From Myxococcota bacterium (lineage in GTDB: Bacteria > Myxococcota > XYA12-FULL-58-9 > JALHOP01), in contig JBGGMJ010000182.1 of NCBI GenBank assembly GCA_041288095.1, positions 861 through 64,860 on the forward strand: DNA of 64,000 nucleotides, given 5' to 3'. This document shows positions 9,281 to 19,748 of the stretch, in pieces; the first letter of the stretch is position 1; each line of letters begins with the position of its first letter. The translations under genes and the position numbers were made by a program. The notes beneath the pieces were generated by a model. The model made no database searches and was not told the DNA's origin. It saw only the letters and a list, made by a program, of their open reading frames with translations.

Positions 9281-12200
9281 ATTGCGGCCTGCGAGCGCGG
9301 TTGCGGCGCTCCGTTCATAGGTACGGATCCTAGAGCCGGCCCATTGAGGGGCAGCGCGACACTGAAGGTGCTGGTCACCCCTTCGACCACACGCACCGTC
9401 CCCTGATGCTGCTCGACGATGTGACGTGAAGTCGAAAGGCCCAAGCCCGTGCCTTGACCGGCCGACTTGGTGGTGAAGAACGGCTCGAAGACCCGTTCAC
9501 GGAGCTCCGCCGGCACACCCGAACCGCTATCGCTGACGTCGAAGACGACTTTGTCGCCGTCCAGACGCGTCGCAACCTCGATCCAACCACCCGAGCCCGC
9601 GGCCTGGATGGCGTTGTCCAGCAGATTGACGAGCACTTGCAGCATGAGAGGAGCCGCGCATTTCACGCGGTCGCCGTAGGCATGGCGAACGCGCACCTCT
9701 ACATTACCTCGTTTCGCATCGGTCATCGACAAAGCTCGCTTGACCAAATGCTGGACGTTTTCGTCGGTGCAAACCAAAGCGCCATCGTTCTTGAAGCCGA
9801 GGAGCTGCCGGCTCAAACGACCGATTTGATTGGCGCAATCGCGGACCACCTCGAGGAGCTGACCGGTGCCCGTGTCGGCGCCGAGCACCTCGGGAGGCAA
9901 CATGCTGACGAGCGGGTCGAGCGCGTTGAGCAGGCCGTTCGCGGGATTGCGAATTTCGTGAGCGAGGCCCGCGGACATGGTGCCCAGCGACGCGAGCTTT
10001 TCGGAGCGGGACAGACGCAGCGCCAGGTCGCGCAGCTTGAGCTGTGACTCGACGCGCGCGATGAGCTCCTTGGGCTCGAACGGCTTGACCATGTAATCGA
10101 TGGCGCCGGCTTGGAAGCCCGAGAGCTTGTCGGTCGTCGTGCCGAATGCGGTGAGCAAGAGCACCGGCGCCAAGCGGTTGCCCGGCAGCTCGCGAAACTT
10201 TCGCGAGAGCTCGAGGCCGTCCATGCCCGGCATGCCGACGTCGCTGCACAACATGTCCGGGTAATACTCGCCGGCGAGCTTGAGCGCGGCGAAGCCATCC
10301 GGCGCCAGCAACACCTTGAAGCCCGCGTTGAGTAGGAGGTCGCCAATCGAGGTACGCAGGCCGCTGTCGTCCTCGGCCACGAGGATCGTCGCCAGGGCCT
10401 GGCCGTCATGCGTGAGCACCTGGGGCGTCTCCTCGTTGACGACGCGCAGCCCGAAGCCCGCGGGCAAGCTGTGGCCGCTGAATTGCGTGCCCTCGGCTAC
10501 GACGTCGGTTTGCTGTTCCGCGGCCACGACCGGCAAGACGATGTTGAAGACCGTGCCACCGCCGCGGTTGGCGTCGACGGTCACGGCGCCGCCGTGCGCT
10601 TCGATCAGCTCCTTGACGATCGATAGACCGATGCCGGTGCTGCGCGCGCCTTGGCGGACGGCCGCGCGGCCCTGCTCGAAGCGGCCGAAGATGCGCTTCT
10701 TGAACTCCTCGTCGATGCCGATTCCGGTATCGCGGATCGAGATGAGCAGCTTGTTGCTGTCTTGCTTGAGCGTGACGCCGATCGAGCCGGTATCGGGCGT
10801 GTACTTGATGGCGTTCGAGAGCAGGTTCGCCATGATGCGCTCGAGCGCGGCGGTGTCGACGTAGGCATCGAGCCGTTCTGGACCGTCGTAGGTGAGGTTG
10901 AGCTTGTGCTCGCGCGCGAGGGGCGTCCAGATCGACACTAGGCGGCGGAGCTCGACGGCGATGTCGCATCCGCGGCGGTGAATCTTGAGCTTGCCTTCCT
11001 GGCCGGCGGCGAGGAGCAGCATGCTGTCGACCATGGACAAGAGCCGCTCGCAGGCGGCGTCGATGCTGGCGACGCTCGCGAGGGTCTTGGTGTCGTTCTT
11101 GTTGAGGTGGCGGACGCGAATCTCTCCGGAGGCGAGCAACACCAGCGAAAGCGGCGTGCGAATCTCGTGATTGATGTTGGCGAAGATGCGGCTGCGGACG
11201 GCCTGGGCTTCTTCGAGGTCGGTGACCGTCTGCGTCAGGCTGTCTCGAGCGCGTTGTAGCTCGTGGGTGCGGTCGTTGACCTTTTGTTCGAGCGTGTTGC
11301 GGTACTCGTTGACGAGCGTGAAGGCGACCGCTTCGTCGATGGCCATGCAGATGCTGGGCACGACGTTCTCGAGCAACGTTCTGTCGAACACCTCGGTCTC
11401 GTTGCCGCTGCGCCAGACCTCGAGCGTACCAAGCGACACGCCGCGTGCGCTCAGGGGGACGCCGAGCATCGTCGACGGGCCCACTTCGGTGCCGCCGAAG
11501 GAGTAGTCGCGCTCGATCTTCGACTCGGTCGAAACGTACGACAGGGCGATGCGCGCCCGCTTGAAGCCCGCGACCTCGACCAGCGCCTCGATGACGCGTC
11601 GGAGAGTCTTGTCGAGCTCGAGCTCCGCGTGGATGAGGCCGGTGATGGTATTCGCGATGCGGAGTTGCTTCGCCTGGCCGTCGAGCAGCTTCTGGGCTTG
11701 CTGCAGCTCCTCGAACCGATGTTGCAACGACGCGTTGGCGTCCTTGAGCTCGGCGGCGACATGCCGCGCCGCGAAGGGCCAGCGCAGGGCGCCACGCAAG
11801 CCCTTGAGCAGCTTGTTGGTCGGTGGAATCGCGATGGTGAACGTACCGACCCCGTCGACGACGGTCATGTCCACATGAGCTTGGGCGGCGCCGAAGAGCA
11901 GAGGTAAATCGCGGAAGGAGCCGTGCGAGATGATGAAGAACTCGCGGCAGGGCTCGAAGCCGGGCTTGGTCGCGCAGACCAGCTCGATCTTCCCCTGTCC
12001 GAGATCGCGGAACGTGGGCGCGATGGCCGTGAACCACTGCTGGGTGGCGCCACCCTCGGCCGTGCCGATCCATTTGTAGAAGTCGCGAACCTCGAAGAGC
12101 AGCAGGCCGACGAGCGCCACCGGGCGAATGAGCTTGTTGCGGTAGAAGGCGCCGCCGAGCGCCATCATCTCTTCGTCGGTCCAGATCTTCCCGACGTTGC

Positions 12201-12372
12201 GCATGATGCGGACGTATTCGGCCCAGCCAATGCGGGCCTTCGGATTGGCGAGGGTGTGCACCGAAGTAGATGTGCCTTCGACCAAGAGCTCGGGTGAGAG
12301 CTTGCGGCGCTTCAGATCACGCAGCTTGATGTCGAAGACGCGGCAGGAGACTTCGGTCACGACGCCCTCCAT
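9277..12372 (-). CDS. multidomain hybrid sensor kinase (sensor-GAF-HisKA-HATPase-REC-HisKA-HATPase)
   Basis: 1031 aa. First kinase core: NINHEIRTPLS, LLSNAIKYTP, RDTGIGI, GTGIGLSIVKE. Receiver: ILVAEDDSGLR...DVGMPGMDGLE...YMVKPFEP. Second kinase core: GLAHEIRNPANGL, LLDNAIQAAG, DSGSGVP, GTGLGLSTSRH. Confidence 0.85.
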   Translation of the reverse strand: MEGVVTEVSCRVFDIKLRDLKRRKLSPELLVEGTSTSVHTLANPKARIGWAEYVRIMRNVGKIWTDEEMMALGGAFYRNKLIRPVALVGLLLFEVRDFYKWIGTAEGGATQQWFTAIAPTFRDLGQGKIELVCATKPGFEPCREFFIISHGSFRDLPLLFGAAQAHVDMTVVDGVGTFTIAIPPTNKLLKGLRGALRWPFAARHVAAELKDANASLQHRFEELQQAQKLLDGQAKQLRIANTITGLIHAELELDKTLRRVIEALVEVAGFKRARIALSYVSTESKIERDYSFGGTEVGPSTMLGVPLSARGVSLGTLEVWRSGNETEVFDRTLLENVVPSICMAIDEAVAFTLVNEYRNTLEQKVNDRTHELQRARDSLTQTVTDLEEAQAVRSRIFANINHEIRTPLSLVLLASGEIRVRHLNKNDTKTLASVASIDAACERLLSMVDSMLLLAAGQEGKLKIHRRGCDIAVELRRLVSIWTPLAREHKLNLTYDGPERLDAYVDTAALERIMANLLSNAIKYTPDTGSIGVTLKQDSNKLLISIRDTGIGIDEEFKKRIFGRFEQGRAAVRQGARSTGIGLSIVKELIEAHGGAVTVDANRGGGTVFNIVLPVVAAEQQTDVVAEGTQFSGHSLPAGFGLRVVNEETPQVLTHDGQALATILVAEDDSGLRTSIGDLLLNAGFKVLLAPDGFAALKLAGEYYPDMLCSDVGMPGMDGLELSRKFRELPGNRLAPVLLLTAFGTTTDKLSGFQAGAIDYMVKPFEPKELIARVESQLKLRDLALRLSRSEKLASLGTMSAGLAHEIRNPANGLLNALDPLVSMLPPEVLGADTGTGQLLEVVRDCANQIGRLSRQLLGFKNDGALVCTDENVQHLVKRALSMTDAKRGNVEVRVRHAYGDRVKCAAPLMLQVLVNLLDNAIQAAGSGGWIEVATRLDGDKVVFDVSDSGSGVPAELRERVFEPFFTTKSAGQGTGLGLSTSRHIVEQHQGTVRVVEGVTSTFSVALPLNGPALGSVPMNGAPQPRSQAAI

Positions 12373-13439
12373 CGCACGGCAACCGCGGCGCGGGTGATAC
12401 CGCTACCGCCGCCCCATATGACGACCTTATCACCCGGACGCAGCACGCCCTCACGCTCCGCTAAGGCGAGCTGGATCGGCACCGAGCAAGCGGCGTTGTT
12501 TCCGGTCCAAGAGAACGTGTCGAAGCTTCGAGCGCGATTCATGCCAAGCACATCCTGCGTCACTTGGCGCATCCACGTGAAGCCCTGATGGCAAGCATAG
12601 AAGTCGATATCGTCGGGCTTCCAGCTGACGTCGGCGAAGAGGTTACCACCCACCTCCACCGCCCCACCTACGAGGTCTTCGAACATGCGGCCACGGACGG
12701 CGTATGACGTGTACAGGACCGACGGGCCGCCTTCGTGCCATTGCTTGCCCGGCGTACCTGCGAGCAGGGTGCCCTGCATCGAGCCGTCGGTGATGTGCGT
12801 TATAGCGTAAACGCCGCTACCGTCCTCGACGGCGCTGACGACGAACGCGGTTGCCATGTCGCCGAACCAACCGGAATAGTCGAAGCTTTGGGGCAAGAGC
12901 CGGCTCACCGCCGTCGACTGAACGATGAGCGCATGCCGCGCGCGCCCACTGACGATGTAGGCCTCGGCGATCGCGAGCTGGTGGAAGAACGAGTTCGACG
13001 CGCCTTCCATGCCGAAGGAAAAGCACGTCCGCGGTAGCTGCAGGCGCTCATGGAGCGAGCACGCGAGGTTGGTGGCCAAGAGATCGGGATAGAAGCTCTC
13101 GCTCACCAAGAGGCCGATGTCCTCGCGACGAACGCCACTCCGTGTGAGCGCGTCGTTGGCCGCGAGGAGCTCGAGGTCGATCGCAGGCAGCGTGGGATCG
13201 TGGATGGGACGCGTCTTGATGCCGATGAACGGGTCGTCGGCTCCCGCGAGCATCAGCTCCATGACCCGACGCCTTTGCGGATCTTGCGTTTGCGGGAGCG
13301 CCGCTTCGAGCCCCGCCTTGCGCTTGGCGAGCGCGGGCTTCCAGCTCTCGAGGATTTCCTCGGGCCACCATGAGTTCGGACGCTCGATAGCGCCCAGCGC
13401 ATAACCAGTCGACGTGATGCCTAGACGTCTGTCACCCAT
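12357..13439 (-). CDS. beta-ketoacyl-ACP synthase III (FabH)-like enzyme with Ser in place of the nucleophilic Cys
   Basis: 360 aa with a thiolase-fold KAS III layout. His motif FYACHQGF and Asn motif WTGNNAACSVPIQLA are present. The nucleophile position reads GMEGASNSFFHQLAIAEAYIVSG (A-S-N where FabH has A-C-S/A-G). Confidence 0.75.
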   Translation of the reverse strand: MGDRRLGITSTGYALGAIERPNSWWPEEILESWKPALAKRKAGLEAALPQTQDPQRRRVMELMLAGADDPFIGIKTRPIHDPTLPAIDLELLAANDALTRSGVRREDIGLLVSESFYPDLLATNLACSLHERLQLPRTCFSFGMEGASNSFFHQLAIAEAYIVSGRARHALIVQSTAVSRLLPQSFDYSGWFGDMATAFVVSAVEDGSGVYAITHITDGSMQGTLLAGTPGKQWHEGGPSVLYTSYAVRGRMFEDLVGGAVEVGGNLFADVSWKPDDIDFYACHQGFTWMRQVTQDVLGMNRARSFDTFSWTGNNAACSVPIQLALAEREGVLRPGDKVVIWGGGSGITRAAVAVRWRAS

Positions 13440-13449
13440 GTTCGAAGAC

Positions 13450-15165
13450 TCACGAGGTCTTGGTTGTCTTCAGCAAGCTATCGAACCGCGCGCTGCGCGC
13501 CATGCGCGAGCTACGGTCGATCCGGATATCGAGAACCAGAGGTTTGCGCGCGTCGGTGTGGGCGGCGAGCACGGACTGTAGCTCGTCGGGTTTGGTGACC
13601 ACGTGGGCCGCGGCGCCGAGGCCACGCGCGGTGGTGACGATGTCGACGGGCCCGATCGGATACTCGCGCGTTCGGCCGTAGAGCGCTTGGGTGCCGAGCT
13701 CGACCATGCCGTAGCGCTCGTCGTTGAGCACCGCGACGATGATCGGCAAGCCTTCCTGAGCCGCCGAGGCGATGTCGCCGACCGCCATCAAGAAGCAACC
13801 GTCGCCACAGAGCGCGACGACCTTGCGGTCCGGGTGCGCGAGCTGAGCGCCCATCGCCGCGCCGATGCTCGTACCCATGGATGCGAGGCCCGTCATCGCG
13901 AGAAAGCCGTCAGGGCGCGTGGTGCGCAGATAGTGCGTGCCGAAGATCAGGTGCTCGCCGATGTCGATGCTGAATACGGCGTCTTCCGGCAGCGCCTTCG
14001 ACAGCTCGTGGATGGCGCGCTCGGGTGTGATGAGTCCGCTATCGCCGACCGCGTGGACTTGCGGCGAGCGCTGTAGAGCCACGCCGAACTTGCGCTCCTG
14101 CGTGCTCTTGGGCGTCGCCGCGAGCAGCGCCGGCAGAATGTCTTCGCACTCTCCGAGCAGCACGTGCGTCGGCACGTAGTTGCGTCCGATAAGGGAAGGG
14201 CTGACGTCGACCTGGATGAACGTGTCGGCCTGCCGCAAGAGGTCGCTCCAACCGTTGGTCGCCGGATCGCTCAAGCTCGACCCGACCACCAGCACCGCAT
14301 CGATGCCCGCCTCGAGATACTTCTGCGACGAGACGTGACCGCCATGGCCGAACACGCCCAGGCTCAATGGATGCGCTTCCGAGAACACACCCTTGCCCTT
14401 CGGCGTCGTCATCACCGGAACCTGGAGGTGCTCCGCGAGGTCCGCGAGCCTCTTGGCGCCGGTGCCGCGGCGCACGCCCGAGCCGGCGAAAATGACCGGA
14501 CGCTTGGCGCCGGCGAGCGCCCGGGCAGCATCGCGAATAGCATCGGCGGGCAGCGTCTTGGCCGTGGTCGCGGGGCTCGCCCAGACCGACTCCGCGTGCA
14601 CGGCGGAGGCGACATCGAGCGGCACGTTGAGCACGACCGGGCCGCGGCGGCCACTGGTGGCGATGGCGATGGCTTGATGCAACATCGGCATGGCGGCGCC
14701 GGCGTTGGGGACGTCGAAGGCCGCGAGGCACAGGCTCGCGGTCGTCGCGCGCACGTTGATGCCGTGGGCGCTGCCGTCCTGGAGGGCATGGCGACCCGCG
14801 AGGTTCGTCGCGACGTCGCCAGCGATGAGCAGCAGCGGCGCGCCGTCGAGATGCGCGGTCGCGAGACCATTCAACGTATTGAGCAGACCCGGGCCGGAGG
14901 TCACGAACACCGCGGTCAGCCGTCCACTCGAGCGGGCATAGCCGGCGGCCGCGAACATGGCGCCCGCTTCGTGCTTGGGGCAGACGAGGCGGATTTCCGG
15001 GCGGTCGTACAGCGCGTCGAAGAAGGGGACGACGGCGCCGCCGGGCACACCGAAGACGGTGGTTACGCCGGCGCGGGCAAGGGCGTCCAACACCTGATCC
15101 GCGATGCGGCGGCTGGGGAGGACGGACGTCGAGGGCACAACGCTACTGCGTTCTGAAAGGGCCAT
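13450..15165 (-). CDS. thiamine-diphosphate-dependent enzyme, acetolactate-synthase large-subunit-like
   Basis: 571 aa. The N-terminal PYR domain (VFGVPGGAVVPFFDAL...HEAGAMFAAAGYAR), a central domain, and the C-terminal ThDP motif (GDGCFLM...NDERYGMV) are all present. Confidence 0.8.
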   Translation of the reverse strand: MALSERSSVVPSTSVLPSRRIADQVLDALARAGVTTVFGVPGGAVVPFFDALYDRPEIRLVCPKHEAGAMFAAAGYARSSGRLTAVFVTSGPGLLNTLNGLATAHLDGAPLLLIAGDVATNLAGRHALQDGSAHGINVRATTASLCLAAFDVPNAGAAMPMLHQAIAIATSGRRGPVVLNVPLDVASAVHAESVWASPATTAKTLPADAIRDAARALAGAKRPVIFAGSGVRRGTGAKRLADLAEHLQVPVMTTPKGKGVFSEAHPLSLGVFGHGGHVSSQKYLEAGIDAVLVVGSSLSDPATNGWSDLLRQADTFIQVDVSPSLIGRNYVPTHVLLGECEDILPALLAATPKSTQERKFGVALQRSPQVHAVGDSGLITPERAIHELSKALPEDAVFSIDIGEHLIFGTHYLRTTRPDGFLAMTGLASMGTSIGAAMGAQLAHPDRKVVALCGDGCFLMAVGDIASAAQEGLPIIVAVLNDERYGMVELGTQALYGRTREYPIGPVDIVTTARGLGAAAHVVTKPDELQSVLAAHTDARKPLVLDIRIDRSSRMARSARFDSLLKTTKTS

Positions 15166-15208
15166 GGAAAACCATCGAGCCCCCGACGACCCAATCTGCT
15201 AAAGCAGA

Positions 15209-15811
15209 CTAGCTCGCGGCGCTCACGGGTGTTTGAATGCCGAGGTCACTCAAGATGACATCGACGTGGACTGGTTTGCTCATGACCCGGCGTGCGCCGG
15301 CTTCGAGAGCCTTCTTCTCTAGCTCGCTCGTGAGTTGCGCGGTCGCCATGACGACGTCGATGGCCTGAGTCTCGGCGTTGGCGCGGAGCTTGCGGCAAAC
15401 CTCGAGACCATCGAGGTGCGGCATGTAGACGTCGAGGACGATCATGTGCGGCCGGAAGGAGCCGACCTTCACCAGGGCTTCGATGCCGTTGGTGCACAGC
15501 GCGACGTCGATGCGGCTAGCGTACGGCTTGAGCACGCGCTCGAGCGATGCGAGCTGCTTGGCGTCGTCGTCGACGATCAGCAAGCGCTGGCGCGAGGCCG
15601 GCGACAAGGTGCGCGGCACGGGCATGTTGTGCGTGTTCAGGAAGGCCACAAGATCTCCGGCACGGATGCGACGGTGGCCGCCCGGCGTGCGGAACGCTGG
15701 GATGCGACCTTCCTTGACCCACTTGTTGATCGAGCTTGGGTTCACCTGGATGAGCGAACCGGCCTGATGTGAGGTGAGAAGGCTGTCTGCGCTGATCTCT
15801 GATGGATTCAT
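15209..15811 (-). CDS. DNA-binding response regulator (excisionase/MerR-type HTH + REC)
   Basis: 200 aa. The N-terminal HTH (LLTSHQAGSLIQVNPSSINKWVKEGRIPAFRTPGGHRRI) is followed by a receiver (LLIVDDDAKQL...IVLDVYMPHLDGLEVCRKLR...KP). Confidence 0.75.
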   Translation of the reverse strand: MNPSEISADSLLTSHQAGSLIQVNPSSINKWVKEGRIPAFRTPGGHRRIRAGDLVAFLNTHNMPVPRTLSPASRQRLLIVDDDAKQLASLERVLKPYASRIDVALCTNGIEALVKVGSFRPHMIVLDVYMPHLDGLEVCRKLRANAETQAIDVVMATAQLTSELEKKALEAGARRVMSKPVHVDVILSDLGIQTPVSAAS

Positions 15812-16227
15812 TGGTCTTCCGTTTACTGCCGCTCTTCCAAGATAGCGACGTCAAATGCTGCCGTCGCCACCCGGTGGGCGTGAGCTATTAACTCGATCGC
15901 GGTTCGGAGGGGGGAGACCCGAGCCGCGCGCAACGCTCCTTCACGGTAATACCGGGGGGCCGGTGTGTGTGAAGTTTACGTCACGTACTTCTTATCTATC
16001 CAGCTAACTCGACAAAAATTGTAGCGTTTCAATACGATGTGGGTGTCTGTACACCCTGTTTCCTCAAGTGCCGCAGTCACTTAAAGCAAGACGCAAACCA
16101 ATCTTCGGTATTCCAGAAACGCTCGTAATTACAGCCCAGATGCTGATCACGAGTTGCCAGCAATGCCCAGAATGGTCCGTTCTCCTGTTCCTAAACGGCA
16201 CAACTTGTTCCGAAGTTGAATCCAAAG

Positions 16228-17556
<1,329 letters not shown>

Positions 17557-17607
17557 GGCGCCGCGTCAGATGCCATGCGGCGGGCCCCGTGTCCACGGCC
17601 AGGTTGC

Positions 17608-18813
17608 TTACTCTTCGTCGAGGTCGACGCGGGCGAAACGCGGGTTGACGATGGTGTTGTGAGTGCTGCCGAACGTGTACGAAATGCCGAGCTTGATCTC
17701 GAACGTGTAGTCGGTCGGCTGCTGGGCGGTCCAAAGCAAGAGCTCGGTGTCGGTGATCGAGCGCCCACGCAAGTTGACCTGGTCGCGCACGAGCGCGGCT
17801 TCGCCCTCGAGGTTCACCGCGAGGCCGGCGGTGATGCGCAGGCTCACGATGGCGCCGGTGCTGACGCGGTAGAGGTCCGGGTCGTCCAGGAAGTGATTCA
17901 CCTGACCAATCCATTGCATGCTGCCCCACGGCTGGTTCACGTCCGCGATCAGCGACAGGGCTTGGTAGGGCTTCAGCTCGCGGGTTTCAGCGAAGGCGGT
18001 GCGCTCGATGTACCAGTTGGCCCAGCCGCCGATCTGATAGGCGAGCCGCAGCTGTTTGCTCGCGTTTTCGGCGTAGGGAAAGAAGTTGAGCTCGCCGAGG
18101 GCGCCCACGTGCAAGTGGCCGTCGAGGTTCGCGTACTCGTCGGCGCGGCCGGTGATCACGGCGCCCGCGGCCCAGTGCTCGCGAATCGTATGGGCGTAGA
18201 TGCCGCGCGTCTCCCAGCGATCGACGTCGCCGCTCACGCGTGAGCCGTTCTCGAGGAGAAATCCGCTCCAGCGGCGGGTGTAGGAGCCACGGATACGCAG
18301 CTTGTGCGCCTCGGTTACCCGGCGCGCGGTGACCGCCGCGGTGCCTTCCATGAAGTAGTAGCCGCTGCCGCCGTCGCCCTCGATCGAGAGCTCGGGAGCA
18401 ATGGCCCAGTAGTCCCACGGGTCGTCCAGCTCGGAGAGCTGCACGCCGCTGCGGCCGGGTACCGAGAGCTTGAAGGCGGCGGAGTGCGGCGTGTCGTCGA
18501 GCAGGTCATAGAGGATGCGAAGGATGGCCTGCATCAGCTGCTCGCGGGCGACGACATCGGCGGTCCCGGCCGGCACGTTGAAGGCCTCCGAGTGCGCCCC
18601 GTCGATCGACACCGTGAAGCGCTCGCCGTTGCTGCCGGAGGGCTGGCGCACGACCACGATCGTGAAGTCGGCGAGATACGGATCGCGCGAGAAGTCGAAG
18701 TAGCTGAGCTCCTGCCGTAGGTAGGTGTCGAAGCACTCCTGCGGGCAACTCAGAAACAGACTCGGCGATTTCTCGGGCGCGGCGACGGTCAGAGCGGCAA
18801 GGAGATAGAGCAA
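17608..18813 (-). CDS. hypothetical secreted protein, probable outer-membrane beta-barrel
   Basis: 401 aa with a signal-like N-terminus (MLYLLAALTVAAPE). The C-terminal two-thirds is rich in alternating aromatic/Gly strands (YTFEIKLGISYTFG). Confidence 0.5.
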   Translation of the reverse strand: MLYLLAALTVAAPEKSPSLFLSCPQECFDTYLRQELSYFDFSRDPYLADFTIVVVRQPSGSNGERFTVSIDGAHSEAFNVPAGTADVVAREQLMQAILRILYDLLDDTPHSAAFKLSVPGRSGVQLSELDDPWDYWAIAPELSIEGDGGSGYYFMEGTAAVTARRVTEAHKLRIRGSYTRRWSGFLLENGSRVSGDVDRWETRGIYAHTIREHWAAGAVITGRADEYANLDGHLHVGALGELNFFPYAENASKQLRLAYQIGGWANWYIERTAFAETRELKPYQALSLIADVNQPWGSMQWIGQVNHFLDDPDLYRVSTGAIVSLRITAGLAVNLEGEAALVRDQVNLRGRSITDTELLLWTAQQPTDYTFEIKLGISYTFGSTHNTIVNPRFARVDLDEE

Positions 18814-18815
18814 CG

Positions 18816-19733
18816 TCAGGGGACCCAGAACGTAAACGCGGTGCCGGCGCCAGCGACCGCGCCCGACCCGAGGCTCAGATTGCTGCTGATGTCGGTCGCC
18901 ACCGCTACCGGACTGACCACCGTGATGTAGAGCCCGGCTTGTCCGAAGACCTCGCGCGGGATGGTGAACGCGGTCGCCGGGTTGTCGTTGAAGATCAGAT
19001 TCACGTAGTCGCCCACGGTGCGTGGTCCGTTTTCGAAGACAGGGTTCGGCTCGGACGGCAAGCGCCAGCTCGAGGCATCGAGCGCGTCGTCAACGCCGTC
19101 GCCGACGTATTCGATGCGAAAGACCGTAATGAACGCGGGCTCGGAGACTCCGGCGCCGCTCCAATCGACCTTCAGGGGGGTGGTGCGGTCGTGGCGGCGG
19201 AGCTGGGCGCCGTTCACGTTGGTGAGACCGCCGAGCGGCGGGTCGAAGGCGACGTCGTCGGGCGCGAGCACCGCGGGAGCGATGACCCGCACCGTGTACT
19301 GATCGGCGCCGGTCTCGACATCGAACGTATAGAGTGAGCTCTCCTCGTAGGAGAGGCGCGCGTCGCCGCAGCTGGCCGCGCTGACGCTGGTCGCCGCATA
19401 GGTGCCGAGGACGCTGCGCTGCGCGCACAACCCGACCGTGACTCCCGACCACGAGGCGGTGACGTTGGCGTTGCCGATGGGTGTGATGGTGGTGGAGGCG
19501 AGCGAATCGCGCTCACCCAAGGCGAAAGCGACGCCGGTGGCGCCGTTGCGATCGATGCCCGCCAGGGGCAAGGCCGCCGCGAGCTGCGGCGTCATGTCGG
19601 TTGCGTCGGCGAAGCTCGGGGTTCGCGTCAGCACGGCGACGCCTTGCGTCTTCGACGTGAGCTGATCGCAGCTGGCAAGAGCAACGAAGAGAATCGGCGT
19701 GAGCTGCTTCAACATGGGCGACCTCCCGAACAC
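18816..19733 (-). CDS. hypothetical lipoprotein
   Basis: 305 aa with a signal peptide and lipobox-like LFVALASC. It lies 2 nt upstream of the next gene in the same operon. Confidence 0.5.
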   Translation of the reverse strand: MFGRSPMLKQLTPILFVALASCDQLTSKTQGVAVLTRTPSFADATDMTPQLAAALPLAGIDRNGATGVAFALGERDSLASTTITPIGNANVTASWSGVTVGLCAQRSVLGTYAATSVSAASCGDARLSYEESSLYTFDVETGADQYTVRVIAPAVLAPDDVAFDPPLGGLTNVNGAQLRRHDRTTPLKVDWSGAGVSEPAFITVFRIEYVGDGVDDALDASSWRLPSEPNPVFENGPRTVGDYVNLIFNDNPATAFTIPREVFGQAGLYITVVSPVAVATDISSNLSLGSGAVAGAGTAFTFWVP

Positions 19734-19748
19734 CGAATGATAAGTCGG

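Noticed and set aside
10406-12073. 555-aa ORF in an alternate minus-strand frame
   Set aside because: It is extremely Arg/Pro/His/Ala-rich and low-complexity. It lies entirely inside the 1031-aa hybrid kinase gene, which has clear HisKA/HATPase/REC motifs.
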